From a virus, in the IMG/VR virus record IMGVR_UViG_3300009553_000019, positions 88,627 to 152,626 of that record: a stretch of 64,000 nucleotides of DNA. One strand, written 5' to 3'. A program made the position numbers and the translations under genes. The notes under the pieces were generated by a model. It had not been told where the DNA came from, made no database searches, and was given only the letters and a program-made list of their open reading frames with translations. Positions 38,077 through 50,211 of the stretch are shown one piece after another (the first letter of the stretch is position 1; the number at the start of each line of letters is the position of its first letter).

Positions 38077-38263
38077 ATGAGAGCATATTACTGGCTCGTA
38101 TTTTTTCGTAGCAAAGCTACAAATCAGTGGGCAGGACCATTCATATTCTCAACGATAAAAGCAGCCAGAGTATGGCTGGAGAAGTTAGCTGAAAGAAGAA
38201 TCTCAACTAAAGATCATAAGATTGTGAAGTATAAAAGAGCTTGAAGCTAGTTAGTTGCGCTAA

Positions 38264-38324
38264 GTTAAACCTGTCATTAGTAAGTTGTAGCTACAGCCAA
38301 GCTAATAGTTCTTATGACAGGTTT
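38264..38324. repeat. dispersed intergenic palindromic element (core ATGACAGGTTT); further copies near 42135, 49935 and 59481
   Basis: 38264-38284 is the exact reverse complement of 59481-59501; second arm at 38314-38324. Confidence 0.8.
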
Positions 38325-38360
38325 CTCTACTTGTTATAGCAGTGTTTAGAGAGGTAAAAG

Positions 38361-40392
38361 ATGTTGAAGACTTATGCAATTTATTTTCGTCGTATCGGAT
38401 CACCTGCAGAACCATTAAAAGAGCCTATTGGTGACTGGAGGCCAATTGAATGTAGTTTCAGTAGAGAAGTAATTGAAATGAATCTGCAGCGGATATGGAG
38501 AGCATGGTCACACGATCCAAAATCCTGCCCTTATGAATATTTGCTAGCAGAGTTTTCAAAAGATCGGGATGAAGGACCTGTGCGATCACCACAGTATAAC
38601 AGCCAACCTACATATGGACCAACAGGGTCTAATTGGGTTGATGAAGCTAAGGGTGCTAATGGCCCATCAGAGACCACGAGTGATGGAGGACCAAAGCTGA
38701 GAACAGCGTTTAAGATATACAGAGCACCTGAACCACTTCCGCTTGGAGCTAAGGTTAGGGTTATTACCAACGATGGCTTACCAGTAACGCTAAGACCTGT
38801 TTTGAGTGTTATTGATTCCAAGTACAGAGGTGAGGTTGGAATTATTGGTATTGTTAACTTTGGTGGTCACTATCTGATTATCGATGGAGAATCTGCTGGT
38901 GGTTATGCGTCAGCAGTAGAATTGCTTGAATACCCATTAGAAGTTGCAAATACAGACGGTGAACAAAAGCAGGAATATTGTTTATGTGGTTCGAAGGCAG
39001 TGACAAGAGCTGGCCTATGTGAATCTTGCTTCTTAGGTTAAAGATGAGCAAATACGAAGGCCCTGATCCACCATCAGGATATGCTCCAGGTATATTTGAT
39101 GTAGTTAAAGCTAAGACAACTACTGACCAGGAATGGTTAGATGGCTTCCATCTTTATTGCTTCCAACTGCGAATCATCAGAAGCTGGGAAGAGACGTTGC
39201 TAGCATGGATTTTAAACAGAACGTGAAGACTTGTTGCGTATGCAAAAACAGTTATGGTGAACGTCATGTTGGTCATCATGTAGAGCAACCTACTGGACTA
39301 GTTGAATGGTACTGCTCAAAAGAATGCGCTAGAGGAGAGGTAAAAGTGATCCATATTGTCGGTAGACCCTTGCGGGTTCAAGGCGTCATGAGACAAGTCT
39401 GCTCATGGTGTGGAGAGAAGCTAATCGATTATGACTTAGAATGCATTGCAACCTCTGACGGAGCAGACCCTGGATTCTGGAGTGAGGGAGACTTACTTGA
39501 AGTGTCAGGGACAAATCCCGTCAGCTATGTAGTGGTCCAACATCAGGATGGAGCTGCCTTGCCAGCTGGCAGTTGTGCCCTACGACCACTAAGAGCTGTA
39601 AGATGAACGATGACTGGTTGATATACGCTATCAGCTTAGTCTGGAGCATAAGTGGATTTGTTAGTGAGATGCATAAGGGATGCGTAGTCTGCTCACTAAT
39701 CTGTTTTGCTTGGACAACACTGACAATTCAATGCTGGGCAGGATTGGCAAAAAGATGATAACCAGACTGAAGAACAAGGTAAGAATTGATTGTAGATTTG
39801 CTAAGGGATATGGCTCTAACGATGAGTGGTATGGGCATATCTTTTATAGAAACCGGACAATAGAGAAGAAGACGTTTCATAGTTGCTGCAGCCAAGCTGT
39901 CTGGCTAGATCGTGTTAGGCGTAAGTATCGAAAGCTATCTGAAGAGCAGCTAAAAGCGCTGATAAAGGATGCAAAGCAAGCGTTTCCTATCTGTGACCAA
40001 TGCCTAAAGCCAATGGTTAATGGTTATGTCTACCAGGGAAATTTGCAACGTTGCAAAACTTGCAGTGATACAACCCCGTATCTTGAAGTTGATGAGGCGA
40101 CAAAGACTCGTGCTAAAAAGCGTGAAGAAGCTTACCTGGCAATGAGGTACCAATGAGCGACAATGACTGGGTGATGATGCATAAGAAGGTTCCAATGAGG
40201 CTAATTGATCTCCGCACTGCTGTAGGCAACCCAGTAGCTGTAGTAGAAATACCTGATGTAGAAGATGAGAACTTGCCAAAGATAATCGTCTGGAACCATT
40301 GGTGCTTTGCAAAGAGTGCTACATTTAATCCCCTAGATCATCCAAACGATCAACCTTGGTTCTACTTTGAGGTTACAGCAGTATGGGTTTAA
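38361..40392 (+). CDS. cluster of small hypothetical genes (38361-39041, ~39044-39226, ~39205-39606, ~39603-39758, ~39755-40156, 40153-40392), several Cys-rich
   Basis: Coupled ORFs on the + strand. Confidence 0.5.
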
Positions 40393-41537
40393 GTGAGATA
40401 TGCCAATCGATTTTGCTAAGAGCAAATAAAAAGATAGCTATGCTAATTGAATGGGGATCATTTATTGCGTATTTCTTATGGGCGTTGATAGTCTTTAAAA
40501 GATTGATGCTAGAAGGTTTGGTAGGGCACTGTCTTTTAGATCTTTTTGCCTTCTGTCTGTTATTGACAAGCTGGTTAGAAACGTAACGTCGAACTTGGTC
40601 CAAAAAGTCCCTGTAGTTCCCTGTAGACTCAAGCCAAGCGTTATACGAAGTTTGACTAAGGAGTTAACAAAGTGGTTAACAGAGATGCTCCTGTAGCCAG
40701 TCTGTAGCTGACTTCCAATTTGTTAGGAACGATCCACGGAACTGCGTCAATGGTTAGAGGAGAGACAAAGAGGATTTCTACGTAGATGCAATTATGCATT
40801 CCATCACAACAAATCCACACCTGAGAAAGAGAAGATGGACGAGAGCTTCACAACGTCTTCATCTATGTCTTAAGCTATAGTAATAGTACTAAGTGATAAG
40901 TAGTAGCTATCGTAGGTTGTTAGTTGGTTAGGAGTTATTGTCCAACATCACTAACCAACTTCCTTCGTAATTAAAGAGCCCTGTTAGGTAGATTCGACGT
41001 AGTAAAATCGTCTTTTGGTTTAGTAACCGTGTTGATTAATGGTTCCTTGTAGGAGCTAGACTGTTTCGTGGGGTTGGACGTTGTTAGAAATTGGAGCTGC
41101 TAGCAAGGTTAAAGGGTGTTTGAAAGCTTGATTAGAGACTTTCGATAATGGTTATAGGTTGTAAAAATTGGTAAAGAAATGGTTAGTAGGGGTTGGGGAG
41201 ACGATAACCCACCGGCAGCTTAAGAAAACTACACGACAACTCAGCGTCCAATGCATTTCCAACCATTGCTCCATACCGAAATACCTACTAAACTCCGTTA
41301 AAACCAGGGTTGGAGAATTTCTCAACCAAGCAAAATTCACGTCACAAATTTTCATACAAACTGTGACTAATTCCAGTTTGCTTCCAACTATCTACAAAAT
41401 TTAACCTACATATAACACTGCTAACGTTGTAACTATTTCCGTCATGTCTATTGAAATGCTTGTATACATCATTAAATTTAGCTTATAGCGCTTGTTAGAA
41501 GCTAAGATTCAGCAACCTACAACATGGAGACAGGACA
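40393..41537. other. largest non-coding gap, hairpin-rich with local G-to-C skew inversion (origin, genome terminus or ncRNA candidate)
   Basis: No convincing ORF; stems e.g. 40922-40931/40951-40960; G/T-rich before ~41200 and C/A-rich after. Confidence 0.45.
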
Positions 41538-41804
41538 ATGGCAACCGCGGAAGAACAGCAACTATTCGCCAAGTACAGCAAAGCATGCGACGACCGTAGC
41601 AAGGCTCTAGACACGTATGGACAACACTCTAACGAATGGCTTCGAGCGGACATCGAAGTTAAGAGGTGTCAACGCCAACTACGTATGGCTTTGAACAAAC
41701 CAAAGCTTTCGTATCCGCTGACGTTAGTTAACGACGGAGGCTTGATGGTCGAGGAGGAAGAGCCTCCAACAGTACGACGTCCAGGGCTAGTTCAGAATGG
41801 CTGA
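41538..41804 (+). CDS. hypothetical protein
   Basis: GGAGA/AGGA RBS; followed by a coupled coiled-coil ORF at 41797-41976. Confidence 0.6.
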   Translation: MATAEEQQLFAKYSKACDDRSKALDTYGQHSNEWLRADIEVKRCQRQLRMALNKPKLSYPLTLVNDGGLMVEEEEPPTVRRPGLVQNG

Positions 41805-42311
41805 ACTTTCTGCTGGAGAGCGTGATTCGTTAGTAGCTCAAGTCAAATGGCTAGAGGAAGAGAACCAAAGGCTACTAGCTGAGGTTCAGCGTTTAACGTC
41901 GTTGGTAGCAGAGACTTCAGCCTTAGGTGAACTGCTCTGTGACGAGCTAGAAACGTTGAAGAAAGGCCAGCAATGACGCTATTGCTAGCAGTAAAGATTC
42001 TAGCAATCTCATTTGTTGTCAGTACTGTCGCAAGCTTTATTCGTGAGTGGGTAAAGCTATGAAACAGTCCTTGTAGAACTCCACAGAGACGCTAAACGGA
42101 AATATAAGCATCGTTAGCTTGTGGAGCATAACTATAAACCAGTCATTAGTAGGTTTATGACATGGCTCTTAATATAGTTATGCTATGTTGTTTAACAACT
42201 GTTAAAGACTGAAACAGCTTTTAATAGCTGGAAAACGTTTGAGTCCGTTCTTAGTCCGTTTTTACACCTATGTTAATTTTGACTGCTACAAAAAGATTTT
42301 GGAGTCAACTC

Positions 42312-42349
42312 TTGATTCGTTAGAAGATCATTATTATGATGTTTGTATG
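42312..42349 (+). promoter_or_regulatory. conserved promoter motif, copy 1
   Basis: TTGATT-17-TATGAT-GTTTGT-ATG; 23-mer ATCATTATTATGATGTTTGTATG; starts a 36-aa ORF at 42347-42457. Confidence 0.8.
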
Positions 42350-42469
42350 GCAGATTTGAAGGTAAGTAGGTATTACAGAGCATTTTCATACGGATTGGAC
42401 ACTCAGGGTCGAGTTCGCGTATTTCTGTCTATTACCTACGATCGACCAAAACTCTGAGCGGAGAAGTCA

Positions 42470-43464
42470 ATGGCAAAGAAGACCAAATCGATTTTTGACG
42501 TCCCGACGAGCGCTCTGCTAGTCTCATTCATAGGCCGAGGAGAAGTTCTAGTCTGCCTCAAATCCGTTGAGAAGGAGTTCGTAGCAGAGGTGTTCACAGA
42601 AGAGTATGGACGAGATATCGAAGACTATGACCGTACTGAACATGGGCTACAAGCAATGTTCAAGACTTTGGTCGATATTCATCGAAACAGCTAAACATCA
42701 TGGACAACCCTGACGAGCTAGTTGTATTGCGTTACAAACCGTACCCAGGAGAAAAGCAAAGGCACTACGTTGGAGAGCCTGGCTGCTGGGTGGTATCCGA
42801 CCTCAAGCGGGTAATGATTAGAACCCGCAAAGAGTTTTTAGAAACTGTTCTGGAACCAGCTTGGAGCCATTTGGAAATGGTTCCAGTCTCAGAGCTAGAA
42901 GCTCAAGGTCATGCGTTGTCTATTGGGATAAAGATGGCTAAGAAGAAACGCTACGAGTTTACAGGTTGTGTTACGATCACTGTTCGTACCGTAGTTTATG
43001 CTAAGGATGAAGCCGAAGCTAGGAAGCTGATTAAGGATCGTGGCAACACGTCAGGTCTTGTTGAGCGAGGACACGAGACGGAGGAGTGGGTTACTAGTGA
43101 AGAGCTAGATGGGGAGGTTCAGAATCAAACCCTCGTATTCAGCCAAGGTGATGATCATGATGACCACGACGATGAGAACTCTGAGTAGGTTCTTAGCGTA
43201 GCTTGAAGCTGGGGCAAAATGATCAAGCTAGAAGATCTACAACCAGATCAGATTCGTAAAGCTATTCTGAATCAGTTGTCTACCGATGAATGGCAGACTG
43301 AAACACATATCTTCAATAGCGTTATGCACACTCTTGAAATAGCACCCACAAAAGAGATTGCGAAGCTACGTTTAGCTATCCGCTATCTGAGTTACAAAGG
43401 AAAGGTGGTCATTCATGCTCCCTTACATTCCGATGGTATAGTTCGTTGGCGTAGAGTGGGTTGA
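42470..43464 (+). CDS. small hypothetical genes (42470-42694, 42700-43188, 43219-43464 wHTH-like)
   Basis: ORF track; plausible RBS for 42470. Confidence 0.5.
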
Positions 43465-43865
43465 GAGTCAGGTCGTCGTCTGACTCAGAATGGGGTTTCA
43501 AGCTCCGGTGATGCTTGAAATGACGCTGAGCCAAAATTGACAGTGGGTTGAGAGTCAGGTCTACAAAACGCAACCAAACACCTAAAAACTTTCAACCCGC
43601 ATACAAACATCTTAGTATAGCAACGTTAGGTTAGAAGTCTTGCTAGAAATCTGACAAACGAAGGCTTTCAACCTGTATACAAGCATCTTAGTAATCAGGT
43701 TCACGACCTAGATTCACAACCAAAGCTATAAACCCCTCCGTTTTAACAGCCCTATTAAAACCAACCCCGAACGTACGCGAAAAACTCTAACAAAAGAACC
43801 TGCATTTCAAGAACAGTCCAACCCACTGTCAACATCCTTACCAGCATATTCTCAACCATACAGCT
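43455..43865. repeat. cluster of direct and inverted repeats with core TCAACC in a non-coding gap
   Basis: 20-bp direct repeat 43455/43542; 29-bp direct repeat (3 mismatches) 43589/43665; 14-bp inverted repeat 43537-43550/43819-43832. Confidence 0.85.
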
Positions 43866-44059
43866 AAAATAACCAAGTTGGGCTAGAAACATAAGGTATA
43901 ATCAGATGAAGGACGTTAACAATGTTTCCTAGCGTTTCGTATGCAGATAAACCATACATGTCGGGTGGACAGCTTGGGATGTTTCTTTTTGGTCTTATAA
44001 TCTTTGGGTTTGTAATTGGTTGGTATGCTAGAAAATTGCTTTATCGCTGAAAGTGAAAA

Positions 44060-44500
44060 ATGACTCCACAAGAGCTGTATAACAACCTAGTGAAAGATCT
44101 AGCAATTCTCGAAAAGAATATTGGTAGTACTACAACAAGCAAGTGGGACGAATCGGAGAAGGCGTTAGATAGGGTTCAAGATTATGGTAAGTCACTATTC
44201 GCTCTAGCAGAAAGTAAACTTACGGTAGGAAGCAATTTCGCTATCGGAAGTAAGGTGTATCCTGGCTTGGGAAAGTTGGTTGAAGAAGCGGGAGAGGTTC
44301 TTCAAGTCATAGGTAAGTTGATGGGGACCTACGGAGCCGAGCAGCACTGGGATGGAACCAATCTACGAACCAGGCTTGAAGAAGAGTTAGCAGATTTGAT
44401 GGCTGCTAACTTATTTGTAACAGAGGTTAATAAGCTTTCTGTATCTGATCGTCTTATTAAGAAACTCGACCTATTTAGGAAGTGGCACAAAGAATCATGA
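44060..44500 (+). CDS. MazG-like NTP pyrophosphohydrolase domain protein
   Basis: KLVEEAGEVLQVIGK...LEEELADL. Confidence 0.7.
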   Translation: MTPQELYNNLVKDLAILEKNIGSTTTSKWDESEKALDRVQDYGKSLFALAESKLTVGSNFAIGSKVYPGLGKLVEEAGEVLQVIGKLMGTYGAEQHWDGTNLRTRLEEELADLMAANLFVTEVNKLSVSDRLIKKLDLFRKWHKES

Positions 44501-44779
44501 CCTTAGTGTTGAAGATCTGTCCGAAGTGTCAAAAGCGAAAAGCAGACAACTGGGAATCGTTCGTAGCTGACATAAACAATAGTTGCTTTGCGCAGAGTGG
44601 TATGATAATGCCATTGCAGCTTTGCAAGGACAGACAGCAAACATTGCTAATGAGCTTAGCAAGGACAGGATTTCTTTCAACCTTAGAACTTGCTTTGAAT
44701 CTTGGCTATAAAGAGACAGAAGCTGAAGCACGCAAAGCATTAGCTCTGTTAGATGCTATGGACACCAACTAGAGGAATT

Positions 44780-45126
44780 ATGAAAGCATCAGAAATTCTT
44801 CGCAAAGCAAGAGAGTTACCATTCACCAAAGGAACTTACGCCAGAGATTCAAGTGGCCAACCTGTAGGAATTATGAACTCTGACGCAGTATGCTTTTGCA
44901 CCATTGGAGCAGTAGCTAGAGTATCTGGAAAGTTTTATAGAAACGAGGCCAAGCCAGGACCCTATGAGCTAGCACTAGATGCATTACGAGATTCGATTCC
45001 GAAGCGGATTGTTAGTAAAAACCACCATCAATAGCAAACACTAGTGATACACTACCAGAGCAGAAGCGCTTAGAGTGGTTTGACAAAGCTATAGAACTAG
45101 CAGAAAAGAGTGAAATCGATGTCTGA
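44780..45126 (+). pseudogene. hypothetical phage protein interrupted by an apparent -1 frameshift in the A5 run at 45017-45021
   Basis: FTKGTYARD..CFCTIGA N-terminal part; plausible C-terminus LEWFDKAIELAE in the alternative frame. Confidence 0.55.
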
Positions 45127-46163
45127 GAAATACAAACTCCTTGGAATTGAAACCGGTAGGATTCAAAGCAAGTTACCAACCATTCACCGGAACATTGATT
45201 TTGACGATATTAAATCTAAGCAGACCTCAGCTAAACTGGTAAAACAAACGTACCAAATTGTCATCTACACAGTGTTGGATGAATCGGAACCCAACACAAA
45301 AAACCTGGCCGAGCATTTAATCGAATGCGAACCTCACAGTGCTTTTGACCTGGTAGAGGCGGTTCCCGTAACTTCACTGGAAATGGTTGACAAAGACTGG
45401 AGAAACTCTCAACCATACGGGGTTGATGATGGCACTGTAGCAACGATCCTTGAAGAGCTCAACAAAGACTAACAATGGATACTGTTTACTACAACGCCAA
45501 GCGTTTAGGAATTACGATGTCAAAAAAGATCGTTAGAACTCTGAAATTCACACCTGGAGTTGAATGCGACATTATTGGGTCTACAGATATTCCATTAACT
45601 GCTCACCGACAAAGGCTATCAGCGTATGAAACACTTTTCGAATCTATTCCCAACGGGAAAGCTTTGATTATTTCTTGTAGCGATTCCACCATGAAGAAAA
45701 TCATGAATGCGTTACGAGGCAGAGTTGCTTCAGCTACTCGATATGATGATAAAACTGTTAGGATGATCTGGAAACTATGAACAGCGACAAGCTAGTGAAG
45801 CTACGTCAAGCAGCTACTGATGCTACACCAGGATCTAGAACCATAATTGGTAACATTATCTGGGTTAACCACTTACCTTTAGTTAGATCACCGTCAACCA
45901 TACCAGGACTTGGTCGTGAGGATTTTCCAGGTGTAGTCTGGGTTACACCAGCAGATCGAGATTTTGTAGCAGCCTGTGATAGGGAAACTATTCTCGATCT
46001 GCTTGATCGGGTTGATACTTTGCAAAGGATGTTGGCAGAAGCAACACTAACAATTGCAAGGCTTGAGCATGGAGATGATGTGACAAAATTTCAACCTCTA
46101 GCTGAAGGCCATTGGGTAGGAAAAGAACCAAACGTTCAAAAGATTCCAAAGCCTGATACTTGA
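45119..46163 (+). CDS. three small hypothetical genes (45119-45472, 45475-45780, 45777-46163 Ead/Ea22-like)
   Basis: LRQAATDATPG..DRDFVAAC.RETILDLLD is typical of Ead/Ea22-like proteins. Confidence 0.55.
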
Positions 46164-46196
46164 AATGTAGCAAATCATTATTATGATGTTTGTATG
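46160..46196 (+). promoter_or_regulatory. conserved promoter motif, copy 2
   Basis: TTGAAA-16-TATGAT-GTTTGT-ATG (start of 46194-46490). Confidence 0.8.
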
Positions 46197-47373
46197 GAAG
46201 ACAATGAAGTTAATTACACAATAGCAGGATTTCAGTATTTGCTGGAATGCGAGATGGCAACTTACGAGCATTTGAAAATGAACAAACGCTCTAGCAAGAA
46301 TGAAATCAAACGACACGAATCTATCATTACGAAAACTTTCTACAATCATCGTGGTGTGTTTGCGAAACTTACGAACTCTGGTTCCAAACCAGCTGGCTAT
46401 AACGCCTGCCCAAGAGTCGATGACATTTTGAACCAGGCTTCGAAAACATCCCTTAAAGAAGCGCTGGAAGAGTACTTCAAACAAAAATGAAAGTTCGAGT
46501 AATTTTTACACAATCTACAAGTAAAACTGCAGACGGCAGACTAACTCTTAGTTCTTTTCCAACAGCCAGAGTTGCCGAAGTTATCAAACGTTTTGACGAA
46601 CTTGGCCAGAAGATTACTGAACCAAGTTCATTTGATACAAACGATCTGAAGAGCTGCATCCTTACTTTTGAGGATGATGAAGAAGAGACTGAGTACGAGT
46701 TTGAGAAACTCAGTGGCAAGTGGGTTGAGACTACTACGAAAGAAGTAGTGACTATCTACTACAAGTTTGAGGATTAATGTTAACAACGTTAGTCATAGTA
46801 CTTGGAATCACTACAGTCGTATGGTTACTTTACGGACTCATAAGAGGAGCAAACTGAATGGAATTCAAAGCATCACCCGCCAACAGTAACCCCACAAACC
46901 CTAATGCACTTTGCATCAACTGTGGATGTATTCGTCTATCGCATAGGTTAAGAGGTTACACCATCAAGGGTGAAATGCTTCTTTGCGAGAAAGATTCGAA
47001 GGCTCTCAACCAAGAAGAGATTGAAGCAATCATCAAGCTTGATTCCGAAAGACCAGAATGGTATCATGAAGCGCTGTCAGCTGGCTGGAAACCACCAGAA
47101 GCTAAACAGGAATTACCCATTGAGCTAGAAGAGGCGGTAAATTGGGTTTGTGGTAGTGCAGGAAATGCAATTGCAAGAGGGAATTCTAAAAAGTGGGATG
47201 CTGCAGTTGCTGTTATCAAACAGGCTTTAGGTATAAAGAGTCAGGTCTGCAAAACTTGCAACGATACCCGAAAAGTAACTTGCGCTTTATGTAGAGGAGA
47301 TTGGGACAACGGTCGTATGTCTTGCATGCGATGCGATCATGGCGAAGTCGAATGCTCAACTTGCTCAAAATAA
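46194..47373 (+). CDS. small hypothetical genes (46194-46490, 46487-46777, 46858-47373 with DnaJ-like CxxC repeats)
   Basis: ORF track. Confidence 0.5.
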
Positions 47374-47383
47374 AGTACTTGAC

Positions 47384-47420
47384 TTGAAACTCCACAGATC
47401 ATTATTATGATGTTTGTATG
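47384..47420 (+). promoter_or_regulatory. conserved promoter motif, copy 3
   Basis: TTGAAA-16-TATGAT-GTTTGT-ATG; starts a 59-aa ORF at 47418-47597 missing from the track. Confidence 0.8.
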
Positions 47421-47593
47421 GACAAGAAACAATTCACAGTCTCTTTCAAAGTGGTTGGAACTCTCAGCAGAATCCTAGATGCTTCAAACGAACGTCTAGC
47501 AGCTGAAGAAGCAATTCGACTTTACGACGAAGATCCAGAAGCTGGTTGGGAACTGGAATGGGAAACCGACGGAGAACCCCGTGTTGAGGAGTC

Positions 47594-48535
47594 ATGAAAA
47601 AGTTAAACTGGGTTTCTTTAACTGATACAGACACAGATGCTTTGATGGCAAGGGCTATCTCAACTACTGAGATGTATACAGACACTGGTGACTGGAAGTT
47701 GATTAGCATTCTACCAACAAAATATGCCAAGTCTCAAACAGGCCATACTCGTCGATTAATCTCCGTGCAGATCATTCTGGAAGCTACTCGTGAAACGTAA
47801 GAAGTATCCAGATAACCCAGCTCAGCTAGAGCTGTTTTTACCACCAAAAGGGAAACGAGTTCGTAAAAGAAAACCAACCGTTAACCAACCAGAGCTGATT
47901 AAGAAGTTTGCTAGAAGCAATCCTGAGTATACCTACAAGCGATATGAAAACCGAACAGAAGTGGAGCTGAAACGAACGCTGAACAGGTTGCTTTCACAAA
48001 AGAGTCGTATGCAATTTGGACATCGTCTAAATGCTGGATTGGCTACAAGTAAGTATGCTTATGAGTTACAACAGAAACGAATCTACATAAACATCTGTCT
48101 TCGAATTGAAAAGATTGAGAGACTTCTGAAAGAGGGAATATGGAAGCAAAATACCAACAGTGGATCTCAGAAAACGTAAAAGAGTACAAAGATGCTTATG
48201 GCCAGTGTCATAAGGTAACTTCAGCCATGAAGGAAGTTTTTCCTGAACTTACAGTAGTAAAAGGTCATTACTTTTGTGCTTGGGGAGATCGAGATCACTG
48301 TTGGTTAACAGCACCTGATGGTACCATTGTCGATCCAACCGTAATTCAGTTTCCAGGTCTGGGGGAGTATAAACCGTGGAACCCTGGAGATGAAGTTCGG
48401 GTTGGACGTTGTATGAATTGTGGTGATGATATTTGGAGGGCAGTTCAGTCGCTGACTGGAGACCCAGGTGGAAGCACTATTGTTTGTAGCAAAGAATGTG
48501 AAGATGAGTTGTCAGCAGCTTGGGATGGAAAGTAA
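47594..48535 (+). CDS. small hypothetical genes (47594-47800, 47790-48179, 48140-48535 with a transglutaminase-like C..H..D triad)
   Basis: GQCH..DHCWL..IVDPT pattern in 48140-48535. Confidence 0.5.
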
Positions 48536-48536
48536 C

Positions 48537-48989
48537 ATGAACAAAATCGAAACTATTGAAGAAGTTGAGACTCGTCACATAAAGAAAGTGATGCTGCAGT
48601 TGGGTGGGAATATGTCCCAAGCTGCAAAAGCTCTAGGAATTGATCGTCGAACCATCTATCGTAAGGTCAACTCATATACGAAAAAAGATCTTTCAGCAGA
48701 GAGTTCAGTTGAGGAACTTCCAAAGACGTTTGAAGATCTGGAAATTCGAATCAGCAACCTGGAATTTAGAAACAGTAATCTAGTAGCAGTCAATGATCAC
48801 CTCCGTCAAGAGTATGCAAAGCAGACTAGGTATCTTGAACGATTAAAAGATCTTCTTCGAGAAGCCAATGAACAAATCTTTGAACTAGGCAAGCAACTTG
48901 GCGAACCTGAAGAAGAGTTTACACCATACCAAATTGAACCAAAATGGGATGAAGTACCAACCCCTACGTTTTTGTCGGAGATTCTGTAA
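48537..48989 (+). CDS. Fis-type HTH plus coiled-coil protein
   Basis: TIEEVETRHIKKVMLQLGGNMSQAAKALGIDRRTIYRKV is the HTH_8 of sigma54 activators. Confidence 0.85.
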   Translation: MNKIETIEEVETRHIKKVMLQLGGNMSQAAKALGIDRRTIYRKVNSYTKKDLSAESSVEELPKTFEDLEIRISNLEFRNSNLVAVNDHLRQEYAKQTRYLERLKDLLREANEQIFELGKQLGEPEEEFTPYQIEPKWDEVPTPTFLSEIL

Positions 48990-49390
48990 TGCCTGAATTT
49001 AGGAGTGATGCAGAGTTTCTAGCGCATATGCACAAGTATTACCCTAAATCTGAGAATTGGCAAACGGTTGAGGATGTAGCTTCTAGTGTTCAACTCATGA
49101 CAGGTTTGGTTGAGACACATTTGTACTGGAGATTCGCAGAGATCTTTGGTTGGGAACCAGAGAAGCACAATACTGATTTCTATGACAGAAGTGCTGAAAT
49201 TCATGGCATGCCGGAGGGGTTTGTAGTAACCGATGGTATGCGGAAAGCTATGGGAGACCTAGGGTTTCAGAGGTTTTGGTTGCATATTGATCATGAACAT
49301 CGAAGGATGCCAGGTGAACAGTATCACGTAACCATTCAAGAGATCAAAACTGGCTAATGGTATACTTATAGGTGATTTTCATTCTAGCCC

Positions 49391-49427
49391 TTGATTAACT
49401 CATAATCATTATTATGATGTTTGTATG
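49391..49427 (+). promoter_or_regulatory. conserved promoter motif, copy 4
   Basis: TTGATT-16-TATGAT-GTTTGT-ATG (start of 49425-49664). Confidence 0.8.
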
Positions 49428-49983
49428 AAACAATCAACCATTCAAGATATTCGAAACATCAAGTGGGTTGGTAATCACGCTAGTGATGCTAAGAATTTTG
49501 ATACGGTAGAGAAGTTCATCGTCCAAAAAGATCCTGATTTAGATATGCAGGAAATGATAGAAGCCCTGACTATTAAGTTTAGAGACGGGATGGGAATCCC
49601 TGAAGAGTGTTCCGAAGTAGATGTTTTTGAGTATCTGGAAGCAATTCGATCAGGTTGCAGCTAATGATAACCCGATACGAAGACCCAATTGCTAAGCTGA
49701 GAAATCTACAAGCTGAATATGCAAAAGCTCTCAGCAAGACTAAAGACCCATTGAAAGCTCTCGAGCACATATATTTGCTAGGAGTCGTTGATGGTGAGGG
49801 TAGGTTAGTTGGGTTGATGCAACACTTGAACAGGGCAGAAGAGAATTACCAAGCTGGAAGGTCTGGTAAACCCATGCCAATCCATCCTAATCTAGAACAA
49901 GCTAATAGTATCACTACAGAGACTAGAACTTAGGTAATGACAGGTTTACAAACTGTCTGATTAGTTTTAGCCTCAATTCTTTT

Positions 49984-50057
49984 GTCTCAGTAACTCAGTT
50001 GGATAGAGTACGGGGTTTCTAACCCTGAAGTCGTAGGTTCGAGTCCTACCTGAGACG
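49984..50057 (+). tRNA. tRNA-Arg (anticodon UCU), CCA not encoded
   Basis: Acceptor GTCTCAG/CTGAGAC, D stem ACTC/GAGT, anticodon arm CGGGG-TTTCTAA-CCCTG, T arm GTAGG-TTCGAGT-CCTAC. Confidence 0.95.
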
Positions 50058-50211
50058 CAAATCAAAAACTGAAAAGGGAAGAATCAATGTCAATTAACGT
50101 GAAGCTTTCAAAGCCTGATGAAGTTGCAACCAAAATCTGGAAAGAGGGCTTTTTGGTTGGGATGTTCTTTGGAACTGTTATTGTTGGTATCATTGTACTG
50201 TTGGTAGTTGG

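Noticed and set aside
42239-42346. 5' part of the 42239-42457 ORF
   Set aside because: It spans the conserved promoter motif; the ATG at 42347 inside the motif is the better start.
43589-43693. Bona fide CRISPR array
   Set aside because: Only two clear repeats with 3 mismatches, a 47-nt spacer and no cas genes in the window; kept only as a repeat finding.
45010-45040. Programmed -1 frameshift in the 44780 gene
   Set aside because: The break lies in an A homopolymer with no obvious stimulatory structure; a sequencing indel or decay is simpler.
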